Shown: positions 52,392 to 63,042, counted from the first letter of the stretch. The stretch is 64,000 nucleotides of DNA from Nitrosopumilus sp. (GCA_965205675.1 OZ242186.1:1568001-1632000); one strand, 5' to 3'. The notes: a model not told the origin generated them from the sequence alone. Numbers and translations: made by a program.

Positions 52392-53057
52392 CTAACCTTC
52401 ATTAAGCAATTTTTGAATCATTGAACCAATCTGTCCAGATTGCCCAAATGATACCTCTCTGAGAATTCCTTTTCTATCTACTAGTATCATTGAAGGCGTT
52501 CCCTGCAGGGCAAATTTCTCAAATGTTTCTGCTGAATATTCTTTTGATTTCATGTAATTTTTTACTCTTTCAATGATCTGATTTTTGTATTCATCAGGTT
52601 GAGAATCAAATTCAGGAATTTGTGGATAGATAAATTCCATAATTTTTTCTTGGCTTATTCCTGTTGATGTTTTTGTAAGATTGTCCATTGCTAATGGAAA
52701 TGGAATTTTAAACGATAGTTTGTTTCCTTCTTGTAATTGACCATATGATGAAAGGGCATCTTTGGTGTCTCCAATTACTTCTCCTGTTTTTGCAAGCAAT
52801 TTCAAATTGTCTAATGTATTTTTATCAAAATCCTCAAAAGCTGTTGCTAGACCTAAAACTCGAACTCCTTCATCTTTGTATTTGTTGTAAATGTTGATTG
52901 CCTCCGGAATTGCATGCATAAAACATCCTGGACAATTTACTTGAAAAACTTCTAACAATACAATGTGATCTTTTTCTTGATCAAAATTGGTTGGAGCTCC
53001 TTGTACCCATTCTGATACTCCGAAATTTGGTGCCCTTTCACCTAGCTTCACACCCAT
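52392..53057 (-). CDS. Thioredoxin-fold redoxin (AhpC/TlpA-like)
   Basis: FQVNCPGC and LQGTPS. Confidence 0.85.
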   Translation of the reverse strand: MGVKLGERAPNFGVSEWVQGAPTNFDQEKDHIVLLEVFQVNCPGCFMHAIPEAINIYNKYKDEGVRVLGLATAFEDFDKNTLDNLKLLAKTGEVIGDTKDALSSYGQLQEGNKLSFKIPFPLAMDNLTKTSTGISQEKIMEFIYPQIPEFDSQPDEYKNQIIERVKNYMKSKEYSAETFEKFALQGTPSMILVDRKGILREVSFGQSGQIGSMIQKLLNEG

Positions 53058-53111
53058 AATAAATTACTGAATTTTTTCCATTAAATACATACCTAAGTTG
53101 TAAGTAGAATA

Positions 53112-54205
53112 TATACCCCAGATCATAAGTCTTTTCAATTTATTGTTCTTGCAAAATACTGATACATATTCAAATTAAATTTGTGGGTTCTAAAATATTC
53201 CATAACTGTATGCCTCATTTCATGAATAGATTCATAAAATTCTGATTCAACATTAGCATGTTTGCACTGTCTCCAAATCTCTTCAATCATACTCAAATGC
53301 GGGGAGCCTCTTGGAAGATATGCCAGTTTGACATCTTTGTTTTTGTGCAGATATTCTTTTACACCATTAGCTTTGTGTTGTGGCGCTCTATCGACGATAA
53401 CAGATATTTTTCCAAATTTTCTACGAGCTGCCTCCAAATAATCCATAAATGCAATTGTGTTAAATTTTTCATACGATCTAAAAAAACTTTGATTGCCATC
53501 ATTTCCATAAACCAAAAATCTTTGGTGCGATCCTCTCCAACATACAATCATTCGTTGATGTGTATCTGTCCAGTATTTTTTACCAAGACGTACATCGTCT
53601 ACAAATACAGACTCGTCTTGGATAAATACTGTAAAACCTTTCTTTTTTGCCTTTTCTATGCGTGAAATGATGCGGTTTTTCCACTTGCGGCACGTATCCT
53701 TGGATGCTGCTCGCACATGTACCTTTTGTGGAACCTTTGGTTTTAGATTCCATTTGTGCATCAAACGACGCACATGAGTGATATGATATGTAATGCGTGT
53801 TCTGTAAAATATGAATTGTATCAGTTTTTTTGGAGTCATTCCATCTGAAATTCTCTTAAATGTACGCTCTATTTTTTGTAATTTTTTGTGTGAGATTAAT
53901 GGCGGACGGCCCGAACGAGGGAGATCCTCCAGGCCCCCCAATCCATATCTTTCAAATGAATCTATCTAATTCCTTACAGAATTATATGTACAAAACATTT
54001 GGTTGGCAGTTTCAGCAATTGTGGATTCATTGATTTTAATCTTACACATTGCATGTAATCTTGTTTTTTTGTGAATATTTTTTTCTTTTTTGTAGGCCTG
54101 GAGTAACTCGTCATTTGTGATGTCCATGAAATTATTTCTAACTACTGATCAAAAAGTATTGCTATTTGTTTTGAAAAATTGCAAAGAATTATGCTCCAAG
54201 GTATA
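53112..54205 (-). mobile_element. IS630-family element, transposase interrupted near the N-terminus
   Basis: TA-ended TIRs TATACCCCAGATCATAA / TTATGCTCCAAGGTATA; RSGRP, IQDES, VDRAPQH, LPRGSPHLSMIEEIW. Confidence 0.88.
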
Positions 54206-54471
54206 CATCAAAAGGAATGGAACAAGATACAGTCAAGAATCCGAATAAAAGTAGAACATATTATCTCTCAAATCAAAAAGTTTAGGATTAATTCTGAGAC
54301 ATTTAGGAATAGATTGTGCAGATATGATGCAATAAGTGACATCGTATGTGGAATTGTAAATTTCAAGACAAGATGGAAGCAAGAGTTTGTTGTGATTCCA
54401 TAAGATTAGAAATTATTTGAAATTAAATTCAATGAAAGATAAGATTTTGTTTGTAATTACGCAAGAGGTCT
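54204..54471 (+). mobile_element. IS5-family 3' fragment into which IS630 inserted at TA
   Basis: Identical to 48283-48550, starting at TACATCAAAAGG. Confidence 0.85.
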
Positions 54472-55442
54472 CTTCAAAAGAACTGAAATTTGATTCAATA
54501 ACTGTTGAATCAATACCCATTGATCATTCATTACCTAGAGTATTTGGATTTTTGATTCATACTTCTGAAGGTGATATTGGATACACGGCTGATATTAGAT
54601 TTCATGGAAGAAATTCTAACAATAGTCAAAATTTTGTTGATGAATGTGGTTTAGAAAATCTTGATTATCTTTTATGTGAAGGAACGAGAATTAACAAACA
54701 AGGTAGTATTACTGAATTTGATGTTGAAGATAAGGTTGCTGATATAATTGGAAATACTGAAGGTTTAGTTGTATGCACATATCCAACTAGAGATCTTGAT
54801 AGATTGCTTTCGTTTTATAATGCATCTAAAATAATGGAACGTGATTTAGTCATAGATACAAAACAAGCTTATCTGTTAAAATTATTTCAAACTACAAATG
54901 ATTGGAGACATATTTATCCTTCATCTGTAGATTCAGATATCAAAGTATTTGTTTCAAGGAAGTCTTGGGGTTTGTTGGTTCATTCTAAATATTCTATGAA
55001 TGAAATTCAATCAGATTATAAAAATTGGGAACGTGAATTTTTAGATTATTCTAATTTTGTAGATTATACGGATATTAAAAAAAACCCTAAAAAATATCTT
55101 TTTTATTGTTCTGATTTCCAATTACAGAATCTTATAGATATACAACCAGATGAAAAATCAAGTTATATTCGTTCATCCACAGAACCGTTTAACGATGAAA
55201 TGAAGATTGATCAAGAACGAATTAAAAGATGGTTAATTCATTTTGGATTAATATCAAAAAGTGGTAATTGGAACACAATTCATGTATCAGGTCATGGGCC
55301 AGGTGATCAAATTAAAAAAGTAGTTGATGAATCTAATCCTAAAACATTGATTCCAATTCATGCTGAGCATGAAGATTATTTTGACGTCTTACATAATCAT
55401 GTCCAAAAAGTTACATTGAATCAAACTCTTCAAATTAAATAA
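54472..55442 (+). pseudogene. 5'-truncated MBL/beta-CASP (RNase J-like) hydrolase
   Basis: IDHS, YTAD, CEGT, HVSGH and PIHAEH present; HxHxDH absent; first ~18 codons of the ORF come from the IS5 end. Confidence 0.75.
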
Positions 55443-55615
55443 TTTTTGAGGATGTGTATGGGACTTTAATAATGTATAAGATACTTTGATGCTCTTCGGG
55501 CCCATTATTTCCCATTAGTTTTAAAATGAGCAAATCAAAAATAAACTGGCTGCAATGAAGAATCAGAGTTATATCTGAATGATGATTGGAAGGCATTTGA
55601 CTGAGCTGCCAAAAC

Positions 55616-56203
55616 TTATTTGTTAATTTGTTTTTTTAATACAGTTCCATCAATTGGATTTTGTTCAAACAAAGCCTCTGTAATTTGTAAAATATTGATA
55701 ACAGAGTGCATTTTTATACCTAATTCTAATAATGCTTTATCAACACCCTCCATCCTATTTACAATAACATAAGCATCTTTAATTGTGATATTTTCTTTCA
55801 AAGATTTTACTGCATTAACAGCTGAACCTCCTGTGGTTGCAACATCATCTATCATTACAACTTTCATGCCATCATGAATTTTCCCTTCCACTGATTTTGA
55901 TGTTCCATAGTCTTTTGGCTTCTAACATGGATTAGAGGTTTGACAGTTTCAATTGCCAGTGCTGAGGCAATCACTAAACCTCCTGTTGGGACTGATACAA
56001 TTGAACCAAAATCATCCAGTCCCATATCTTGATGAATTTGATTTTCAAGATATTTTACCCTCTTTCTAAATTCAATAGGATAACTTGACACTTATCTTAA
56101 ATTCACATAATACGAACTATGCTTTCCGCTTGCCAGTGTAAAGTCACCAAATTTCATGATGTCATTTTGATGCAAAAAGGTTGCAAACTCTCACAAATTC
56201 CAT
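55616..56203 (-). pseudogene. pyrE: Orotate phosphoribosyltransferase pseudogene
   Basis: FGDFTLASGKHSSYYV, VPTGG and VVMIDDVATTGGS in different frames; early frameshift, in-frame TAA after VNLR, second frameshift after HVRS. Confidence 0.88.
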
Positions 56204-56244
56204 ACAAAAGTTAACTACACTGGATTTATTTTGTTTTGTATTGA

Positions 56245-57336
56245 GTGATAATTATGCCTGAAATCTGGTTAAATTATGGTATCACTGACGTTGTTTTAGA
56301 TATAAAGGCTGAAAATTTAGAGCAGAAAATTGATTCTGAAGGAAAAATCCTAGACGATACGGCGATCACTGAAAAACTAGACACTTTGGATTTGTCAAAA
56401 CCAATGGAACTTGTAGTACTACACAATTCAAAATCTATTCTAAAAATTATATCTTCTCTGTTTACACTATGTGAACAAAAATCCAAACCATTTCCAAAAA
56501 TACTAACTGACAAAAAAATTCTAAATCTAGTAAAATCCGGACTGCCTGAAGGAAGCTCAATTAACGAATTTGGAGATGTTGGTATTTCAAATTCCAATTT
56601 GGTGTTTATGGGTGAAATGGAGTTTAATGGGTTATTTGGATATGAGACTATTTGTACACGTCTTATCAAAAAATTCGGCCAAGAATCAATGCTATCTGCA
56701 TATGCCAAGAGAAAGGGAAATCTTCCTACTCCAGGCCAATATACTGAAAGTCTAACTGAAGCAAAAAAATTTGCCGATAGTTTTGAGATTCAAGGAATAG
56801 AAATCATTGCAAATTCTGAAGGAATCGTTGATTTTACAATTGATCATCCCTCAGAAACTATAACCTCTGTAAAAATTCTTGAATCTAATTCTATCAAAGA
56901 TGTTGGTCAACACAAAACGATGGTGATAAGCACTGGAAAAGATGCTAGTAATGACAATCTCGGAAATTCTTTTTCATCTCTTTGGAATTGTTCTAACGCC
57001 ATCAAAAAAGATGGTCTTGCTATTCTAATTGCTGAATGTAAAGGTGGATTGGGCTCTGATACACTACAGCAATACATTGAAGATAGATTAACAATAGAAC
57101 AATTACGAAATCCTAGCAAATACATTAACGGGATGGAAGATTTATTATTTCTTTCAGAAATTCAAAAGAATTTTCAAATAGGACTAGTATCTATTTTACC
57201 TGAATTTTATGTCAAAAAACTAAACATGGTTTCTATGCAAGGTATAAAATATTCTATGGATTACATTCTTAAAACACAAGGAGCTCGTCAGAAAGTAGCA
57301 ATAGTTACTGATGGTGCTAGATTATTGCTAAGATAG
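56245..57336 (+). CDS. Conserved hypothetical protein, distantly LarA/DUF2088-like
   Basis: EIWLNYG start, KDGLAILIAECKGGLGS, DGARL end. Confidence 0.55.
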   Translation: MIIMPEIWLNYGITDVVLDIKAENLEQKIDSEGKILDDTAITEKLDTLDLSKPMELVVLHNSKSILKIISSLFTLCEQKSKPFPKILTDKKILNLVKSGLPEGSSINEFGDVGISNSNLVFMGEMEFNGLFGYETICTRLIKKFGQESMLSAYAKRKGNLPTPGQYTESLTEAKKFADSFEIQGIEIIANSEGIVDFTIDHPSETITSVKILESNSIKDVGQHKTMVISTGKDASNDNLGNSFSSLWNCSNAIKKDGLAILIAECKGGLGSDTLQQYIEDRLTIEQLRNPSKYINGMEDLLFLSEIQKNFQIGLVSILPEFYVKKLNMVSMQGIKYSMDYILKTQGARQKVAIVTDGARLLLR

Positions 57337-58440
57337 TATGCCTGGTAAAAATTCTGATGGCAACGGTGCACACAAAACTGCTAATATTATAATTCCAACA
57401 TATGCTAATTTTCTATTTCTCGGAAGTGGTGAAACATCATCTAATGGAGATGCACTAGGATTTCTTCTACTCAATATGAAAATCAACATTGCCATTGGCC
57501 AAAAATTTAACAAAACAAGAACACCTAAACTTGCATATGTTGCATAAGTATGTGTTTTTGAACCCATTAGCGTTCTAGATAAATGACCTCCATCTAATTG
57601 CCATGCAGGTAATAAATTGATGAATGTAATCAGATATCCCACCCACGCCGCAAATATGAAAGGAGTCATGTATATTGTATTTCCATATAATTCTCCTTTT
57701 CCAAACATTGCTAAACTAACAGTTAGTAACAATGGCTCACCCAAACTCCAATCTCTCAATCTTGGATCATTAAATACATCCCCTGTAATTTCTTGTTCTA
57801 AAATTGGTGCAGTATATGCTCCATAAACTGAGACAATAATTGCAATTGCTAATCCTGCAATTGGGCCAGCAATAGCAACATCAAATAAAATTTCTCGATT
57901 AATGGTTAATCCTCTTGATTGAATGAATGCTCCAAATGTTGGAATGCCATATACTGGAATTCCTGGAAGGAAATAGGGCCAAGTTGTTTTTAGTTTGTGT
58001 TTTTTTGCTGCAATCATGTGACCTAGCTCATGTACTCCTAAAATTCCCATGAGTGCCAATACATAAAATAATGAAATCGATAATGGATCTCCCAACTCTA
58101 CGATCGTATTCGCTAACGATGTTTTGTAGTATCCATCAAATATAACAAATCCTATGACCACTACAAACAAAATTCTTGGTATCCATGCCGAACCCAAAAA
58201 CCTTCGTCGTTTTCTTGGAGGGAATTTCTGAACAATCACGTAGAGTTCCCCATTTTCTACCTTTTCTAATTTGGAGACATACCTCATATCCTCTAACTCC
58301 CTTGCTAAACTCTCAAATTTGGATTTGAAATCTACATCTTCAATTTTAAACTCTAATGAAAATTCAGTTTTGATAAAATCACTGACCTCAAATATAGAAT
58401 TAACTAGTGAAATAATATCTTCTTGTGAGGGATCTTCCAT
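57328..58440 (-). CDS. Site-2 protease (M50) membrane metalloprotease
   Basis: HELGH, AIAGP, NLLPAWQLDGG. Confidence 0.92.
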   Translation of the reverse strand: MEDPSQEDIISLVNSIFEVSDFIKTEFSLEFKIEDVDFKSKFESLARELEDMRYVSKLEKVENGELYVIVQKFPPRKRRRFLGSAWIPRILFVVVIGFVIFDGYYKTSLANTIVELGDPLSISLFYVLALMGILGVHELGHMIAAKKHKLKTTWPYFLPGIPVYGIPTFGAFIQSRGLTINREILFDVAIAGPIAGLAIAIIVSVYGAYTAPILEQEITGDVFNDPRLRDWSLGEPLLLTVSLAMFGKGELYGNTIYMTPFIFAAWVGYLITFINLLPAWQLDGGHLSRTLMGSKTHTYATYASLGVLVLLNFWPMAMLIFILSRRNPSASPLDDVSPLPRNRKLAYVGIIILAVLCAPLPSEFLPGILS

Positions 58441-58845
58441 CTCTCTTAAGATTGGATTTTTCCATTAAATGGTCTTTTCATCAGTACTTTTGATGTTATT
58501 TATTTACTATAATAAACATAATAAATCAGGGTAAAATCTGCATTTGGTTATGTTGTAATATCAAAAATAATAGACAAAACAATACCTGATAAATTAAGAC
58601 CGATATTTTATGATCTAAATTGAGTTACTTTTCAATCTACTGAAAATCTGTTTCTTCATGACTTTAAAAGTATTTTCTGATAAATGAATGATTTTTTAAT
58701 TTTAAAAGTTCTATTGATTAAGCCATTTATTAAAATTCCAGATAGGCTCATAGTTTTAGACAAATTTGATCTTGGTTTTCATTATCTGCATTTGCAGATC
58801 TTAAAGGATTAATATTCAAAATCATAATAATTAATCACGGAAAAG

Positions 58846-59832
58846 TTGAAACCGAATCACACATTTCCAGATATTTCACGCTCAGAATACCAAGAAATCA
58901 AGGATTTTATCAATCAAAAATATAAAATTCAGATTTTAGAAAAAACCTCATCCGGACTAGAAGAGGCTTTTGATATTTTGAATGAATCCATCAAGGTTCA
59001 TTATTATACAAAAGGAAAATTGCTCTTTCAGGCCAGTCCCACAAACAAAACATATGCAAATTTGGTTTCAGACATAGATAGGAAATTTTCTTTAAATTTA
59101 CTTGAGGAGATAGAAACTTCAACTGAGATTCCTTCTGATGTGAAATATTATGTGGGATGTGATGAGTCAGGAGCGGGAGAAACCTTTGGGTCTATGTTTT
59201 TAGGATGTGTCACAATAGATGCAGATAATTTAAAAAATATTGAAGAAGTTTTTGATATCCAAAACATCAAGATGCTTGAAGAATATGAAATACTAGAAAA
59301 ATATAAGGTAATCAAAAAATTTTGTAAAATTTTTGTGAAAAAATGTATTGCATCAGAAATTGATGAAACTAGTAAAAATACACTTCTTGATAGAAAATAC
59401 AAAGAGTTGTTAAACGAGGCAACTCCTGAAAAAGAAAAGGCATGTGTGATAATTGATGATTATGGAATTCAAAGAGAATTGAAATCATTTGTAGATGATC
59501 TTCAGCGTATAGGAAATACAGTAATTGTTGTTAACAAAGCAGATGAAAAATATGCGATATGTCAGGCAGCATCAGTAATTGCAAGAAAAGAGAGATTTGC
59601 AGAAATGCGAGATATTGACAGAGAATTCAATCTGCAAGATGAATTGGGGAGAAGAGTTTTTCCAGGATCAGGTAATGCTGGAAATTCACAGACTGCTCAA
59701 TATTTAGAGACATTTATGAAACAAAATCCTGGCAAAGAACTTCCTCCATTTGTCAGAAGGAAATGGCGTAATGTACAAAAATTATTGCAAGAAAAATCAA
59801 ATCAGAAAATCTCACAATTTTTTGGAGAATGA
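58846..59832 (+). CDS. RNase H2-family nuclease with an RNase HIII-like N-terminal extension
   Basis: GCDESGAGETFG, IIDD, KAD, AASVIARKER, GSG, LPPFVRRKW; N-terminal VHYYTKGKLLFQ. Confidence 0.8.
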   Translation: MKPNHTFPDISRSEYQEIKDFINQKYKIQILEKTSSGLEEAFDILNESIKVHYYTKGKLLFQASPTNKTYANLVSDIDRKFSLNLLEEIETSTEIPSDVKYYVGCDESGAGETFGSMFLGCVTIDADNLKNIEEVFDIQNIKMLEEYEILEKYKVIKKFCKIFVKKCIASEIDETSKNTLLDRKYKELLNEATPEKEKACVIIDDYGIQRELKSFVDDLQRIGNTVIVVNKADEKYAICQAASVIARKERFAEMRDIDREFNLQDELGRRVFPGSGNAGNSQTAQYLETFMKQNPGKELPPFVRRKWRNVQKLLQEKSNQKISQFFGE

Positions 59833-60378
59833 GTCAGTTCTGCAATTCCATCCTTGTCTAGTTTTCTTGTCTGTGGATCACACCATACCTTGACGTACTT
59901 TGCTGGAATTTTTTTAAATTGATAAATGATTGAGAAATTGTATTTCTTAGCCATGGTTCTACCGTTATGTGATTTTTTTCCATGTTTGATGTTCATTTTT
60001 ATAAAAAAAGAAAAGTTGGTTAAGGTTTTTCTACAAAAAATTGTTTTGCCTTTTCAATATCTAGAGATTCTTTATCCCATTGTTTATGATATTTATCATC
60101 ATCGCCAAGATCAAAGGTAGTTTGGATTACTTGTACTTGAATAGTTCTTTCCATGTATGGAATCATTGGTGGATTTATCAAGATAAATCAAAATTTGATC
60201 TGAGGTTTATTCCAAATCAAAGGATCGGATATTTGGGTATAAACTACACACAAGTTGTTCAACTGGCAGTTCTCTTCCCAGATAATGTCTCAACTGTAGA
60301 TATTCATGACGGAGGATGTATTGTGGAATAGTCAAACCACTTGCAGAACTAGTTGAGAATGTCTTGTGTGATCTTGTA

Positions 60379-60520
60379 TAGACCTCTTGCGTAATTATAG
60401 CGATTTTTTCTCAAATTTTGTATTTTAACAGAATTCATACCTGAAAATTCAAATTTCTCAACTCATTTGAAAAATCCTGCAGCAAAATTCACGCCTAGAA
60501 ATAATTACGCAAGACGTCTT
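60379..60520. mobile_element. MITE with IS5-type TIRs and an unrelated interior
   Basis: TAGACCTCTTGCGTAATTAT ... ATAATTACGCAAGACGTCT. Confidence 0.7.
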
Positions 60521-60539
60521 ATATGATGATGGTTCACTG

Positions 60540-60915
60540 TACCAGTTTAACAGCAAGAAAAATCCGAGATTGATTATTCCAATGAAGTAATACAGATGTA
60601 CGCCACCAAAGAGAATCAAATCCGTAGAGTTTTACAATTCTGTAACGGGTCAAGAGTTGTACAAAGATAGGGAAATCTCAATTGGGTCACTATTTCAAGT
60701 AATCAAAGATATGTTTGATATCAGAACAGTCCCTGTAAAAGTATTATACAATACCAAATCATTTGTATTGATTTGTGTATTGGTGTATTAATTGAGTGTA
60801 CTACAACTGCGTCATTGGGGTAGAGAATCCAAGGATTATAAAGAGAATGATTTGTTGTTAGAGAATATTCTAGATTAAAATTTTATTTTTGTAAATCACT
60901 ATGCCCAGATCTCAA
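60540..60915 (+). pseudogene. Degraded DDE transposase C-terminus and IS end
   Basis: GQELYKDREISIGSLFQVIKDMFDI resembles a Y-R-E-K region; 3' end repeated at 23905-24000. Confidence 0.5.
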
Positions 60916-60969
60916 ATAAACATGATAAAAAATAACGATTAAATTTAAGAATTAATATATTTTTATCAA

Positions 60970-61044
60970 GCTCCTATAGTGTAGTCCGGTTAAGCATTTT
61001 GGCTTCTCAAGCCAAAGACTCGGGTTCAAATCCCGATGGGAGCA
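60970..61044 (+). tRNA. tRNA-Glu (CTC)
   Basis: GCTCCTA/TGGGAGC acceptor stem, TTGGC-TTCTCAA-GCCAA anticodon arm, GTTCAAATC. Confidence 0.94.
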
Positions 61045-61170
61045 TTACACATATGGTTTCATACTCCCCCCCCCCTGTTCTACTATCAACTCATCCCAAT
61101 ACTCTCCAACACATCAGAATTGATGCAAAATAAACAAGTCCCAGATAATTCTTGCAATTCTTTTCATTTC

Positions 61171-61477
61171 TTATTGCAGTTCTTGCAGAATCCACACTTG
61201 AGCCATGCAAAGAATCTCTCCATACATAACGAATCTTGTTATATTTTTTGTATGGCTTATTTTTTTTGTTGCTTCATCATTATTTTTTCTAAATGGAATA
61301 CCTAGATTGATGTTTCTGTCTCTCAAATAATTTCTGATGTATTTTGCATCATAACCTTTGTCTGCATAAACTGAAACAATTTCCCTCACCATCTACAAAA
61401 TCAAAGATGTTTTCTATTACATCAATGAATTTTGTGGAATCATTGATATTTGCAGAACCCATTACAATAGATATCCG
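61171..61477 (-). pseudogene. IS5-family (different subgroup) transposase fragment
   Basis: VYADKGYDAKYIRNYL...IP motif. Confidence 0.7.
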
Positions 61478-61810
61478 CAGTACTTGGGAAAGTGACTATC
61501 TGACATCTTCCAAATAGTATTGGGATTTTATTCCACTAAAGAAATCAACGATGACAATCTCAAAGATGCGCTTGAGAATTTCAATTGTAATTATTGGATT
61601 TATGTGATTAATAGAACAGTTATCCCTTAACATGACATTTGCAAATGCTTGAGTTGTTGAATTTCTAATGTGTGCAAAATCAAGATTGCTATGATTCACA
61701 TTTGATGGAGAAGCACACCTCCTTCAAGCTTTTTCTATCCAAATTTTTTGTTTAACTGATGAAATAATGGTTAGTTTGTGATCTAAATTGAGTTACTTTC
61801 CCAAGTACTG
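61478..61810 (-). mobile_element. Internally deleted ISH3-type element
   Basis: TIRs CAGTACTTGGGAAAGT(G/A)ACT at both ends; end shared with 23870-23900. Confidence 0.75.
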
Positions 61811-61890
61811 TTGATGGCGTGTATTTTACTCCTACGTTAGTAGAATTGTTTAAGGAATTTAAGAAAGTGATATACAAATTTCAAATATAA

Positions 61891-62565
61891 TCAGTCACAA
61901 TAAAACTGTTTTTCTTTTTCAAAAGCAAAAATCAGTGTTTTGTCTTGGGTAATTAATCTGACACCCTCAATAGTCAAAGCCTTTTGAAGTAATATGGAAT
62001 CCGTTTCTGAAAGAGGCGTTCCTTTGCCATTAACATATTTTTTAGATTCATATAGTTCCTTGGCACGTAACATTTCTTCGGATGCATAATCTATTGTGAC
62101 ATGAGTAACATTTGCAATCTTTTCTAATTTATCGCTTATTTCATTTGCATCTAATCTGCGATTAAACTTGTCTGATTCCATATGTTTTGTCTCAATCAAT
62201 ATTCTATCCAATATGACTAATTCTACATTATCATTTGGGTTAATTCCTGCAAGTTCATGTATTGACTTTCCATCGAGTAGTTGATGTATTATCATGGTAT
62301 CAAGTAAAAGTTTAGTGCTTTTTTTGACGTTTGTTTGATCAGTTTTGATAATAATTTTCGATAGACTATGATCTATAATCGCATGCGTTTTACCAAAAAT
62401 ATTTGCTTTGCCTCCTGTAGGTTCAGCTAAAAGATTGCCACAAAACTTGCAATTGATAATGCTTTTTGCCATGGTAAATACAACACTTGTCAAATTACAT
62501 GAATTGCACTCAATTTCTACAAATCTACTTTTTGGCTCTGGGATGAGAACATTGCTGCCTTTCAA
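61891..62565 (-). CDS. eS27 (S27e)-like Zn ribbon fused to a PIN ribonuclease domain
   Basis: IPEPKSRFVEIECNSC..VVFT.A...INCKFCGNLLAEPTGGKA (eS27); LLLDT, ILIE, LSETD, LITQDKTL (PIN acidic residues). Confidence 0.82.
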   Translation of the reverse strand: MKGSNVLIPEPKSRFVEIECNSCNLTSVVFTMAKSIINCKFCGNLLAEPTGGKANIFGKTHAIIDHSLSKIIIKTDQTNVKKSTKLLLDTMIIHQLLDGKSIHELAGINPNDNVELVILDRILIETKHMESDKFNRRLDANEISDKLEKIANVTHVTIDYASEEMLRAKELYESKKYVNGKGTPLSETDSILLQKALTIEGVRLITQDKTLIFAFEKEKQFYCD

Positions 62566-62623
62566 CTATTGACAATTAATCTTCTAAAATAATATGTTTT
62601 TGATTGAATTAGTATTATAACAA

Positions 62624-62761
62624 TCAAACATTTACACGAATCTGACCAGTAAGCAATTTCTGCATCAGATCCTTCTTTAGAATTTCTAATTTTTCCTTGT
62701 ATTCTTGATTCTTTTGGATATATACGTCAACTCCCGACAGGATTGACGCAATAATTAGCAT
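62624..62761 (-). pseudogene. hsdS: C-terminal relic of type I RM specificity subunit
   Basis: IASILSGVDVYIQKNQEYKEKLEILKKDLMQKLLTGQIRV is a typical HsdS terminal conserved helix. Confidence 0.75.
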
Positions 62762-62835
62762 TCAAATATTTTGGTTCGTAATTTTATACGTAAAATTGGC
62801 AATATTTTTAATATTTTTTGCAAGAATGAACGATT

Positions 62836-63042
62836 ATGAGTTCAACAATACAGAAAAAAACATACACAGTTGTAATAGCTAAGGATGATGAGGATGGCGG
62901 ATTTGTTGGCAGATGTGATGAATTACACGCAAATTCACAGGGTGAGACATATGATGAAATTATGGAAAACATGAAGGAGGCCATAGAGTTAGCAGGAGAA
63001 GACAAACATAGTGAATTCAATCCACTTGTCATCCAAAAGTAA
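62836..63042 (+). CDS. hicB: HicB-family antitoxin (short form)
   Basis: YTVVIAKDDEDGGFVGRCDEL.ANSQGETYDEIMENMKEAIEL. Confidence 0.88.
   Translation: MSSTIQKKTYTVVIAKDDEDGGFVGRCDELHANSQGETYDEIMENMKEAIELAGEDKHSEFNPLVIQK

Noticed and set aside
58482-58642. Complete ISH3-derived MITE
   Set aside because: Only the right end matches well; the left TIR is weak and no TSD is seen.
303-60331. Many 60-150 aa antisense or overlapping ORFs in the track (e.g. 7849-8304, 24117-24545, 40378-40797, 56274-56708)
   Set aside because: Shadow frames of well-supported genes with no recognisable motifs.
59833-60378. Degraded gene downstream of the RNase H2 paralogue
   Set aside because: Looks coding-like on the minus strand but is riddled with stops; no family could be assigned by eye.
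61065-61076. Poly-C tract after tRNA-Glu as a phase-variation site or att site
   Set aside because: Not within a credible gene or promoter; no duplicated tRNA 3' end and no integrase in the window.
61891-62565. Ordinary rps27e or Nob1
   Set aside because: It has a ~160-aa PIN extension and lies in an island rather than a ribosomal cluster; the domain order is opposite to Nob1.
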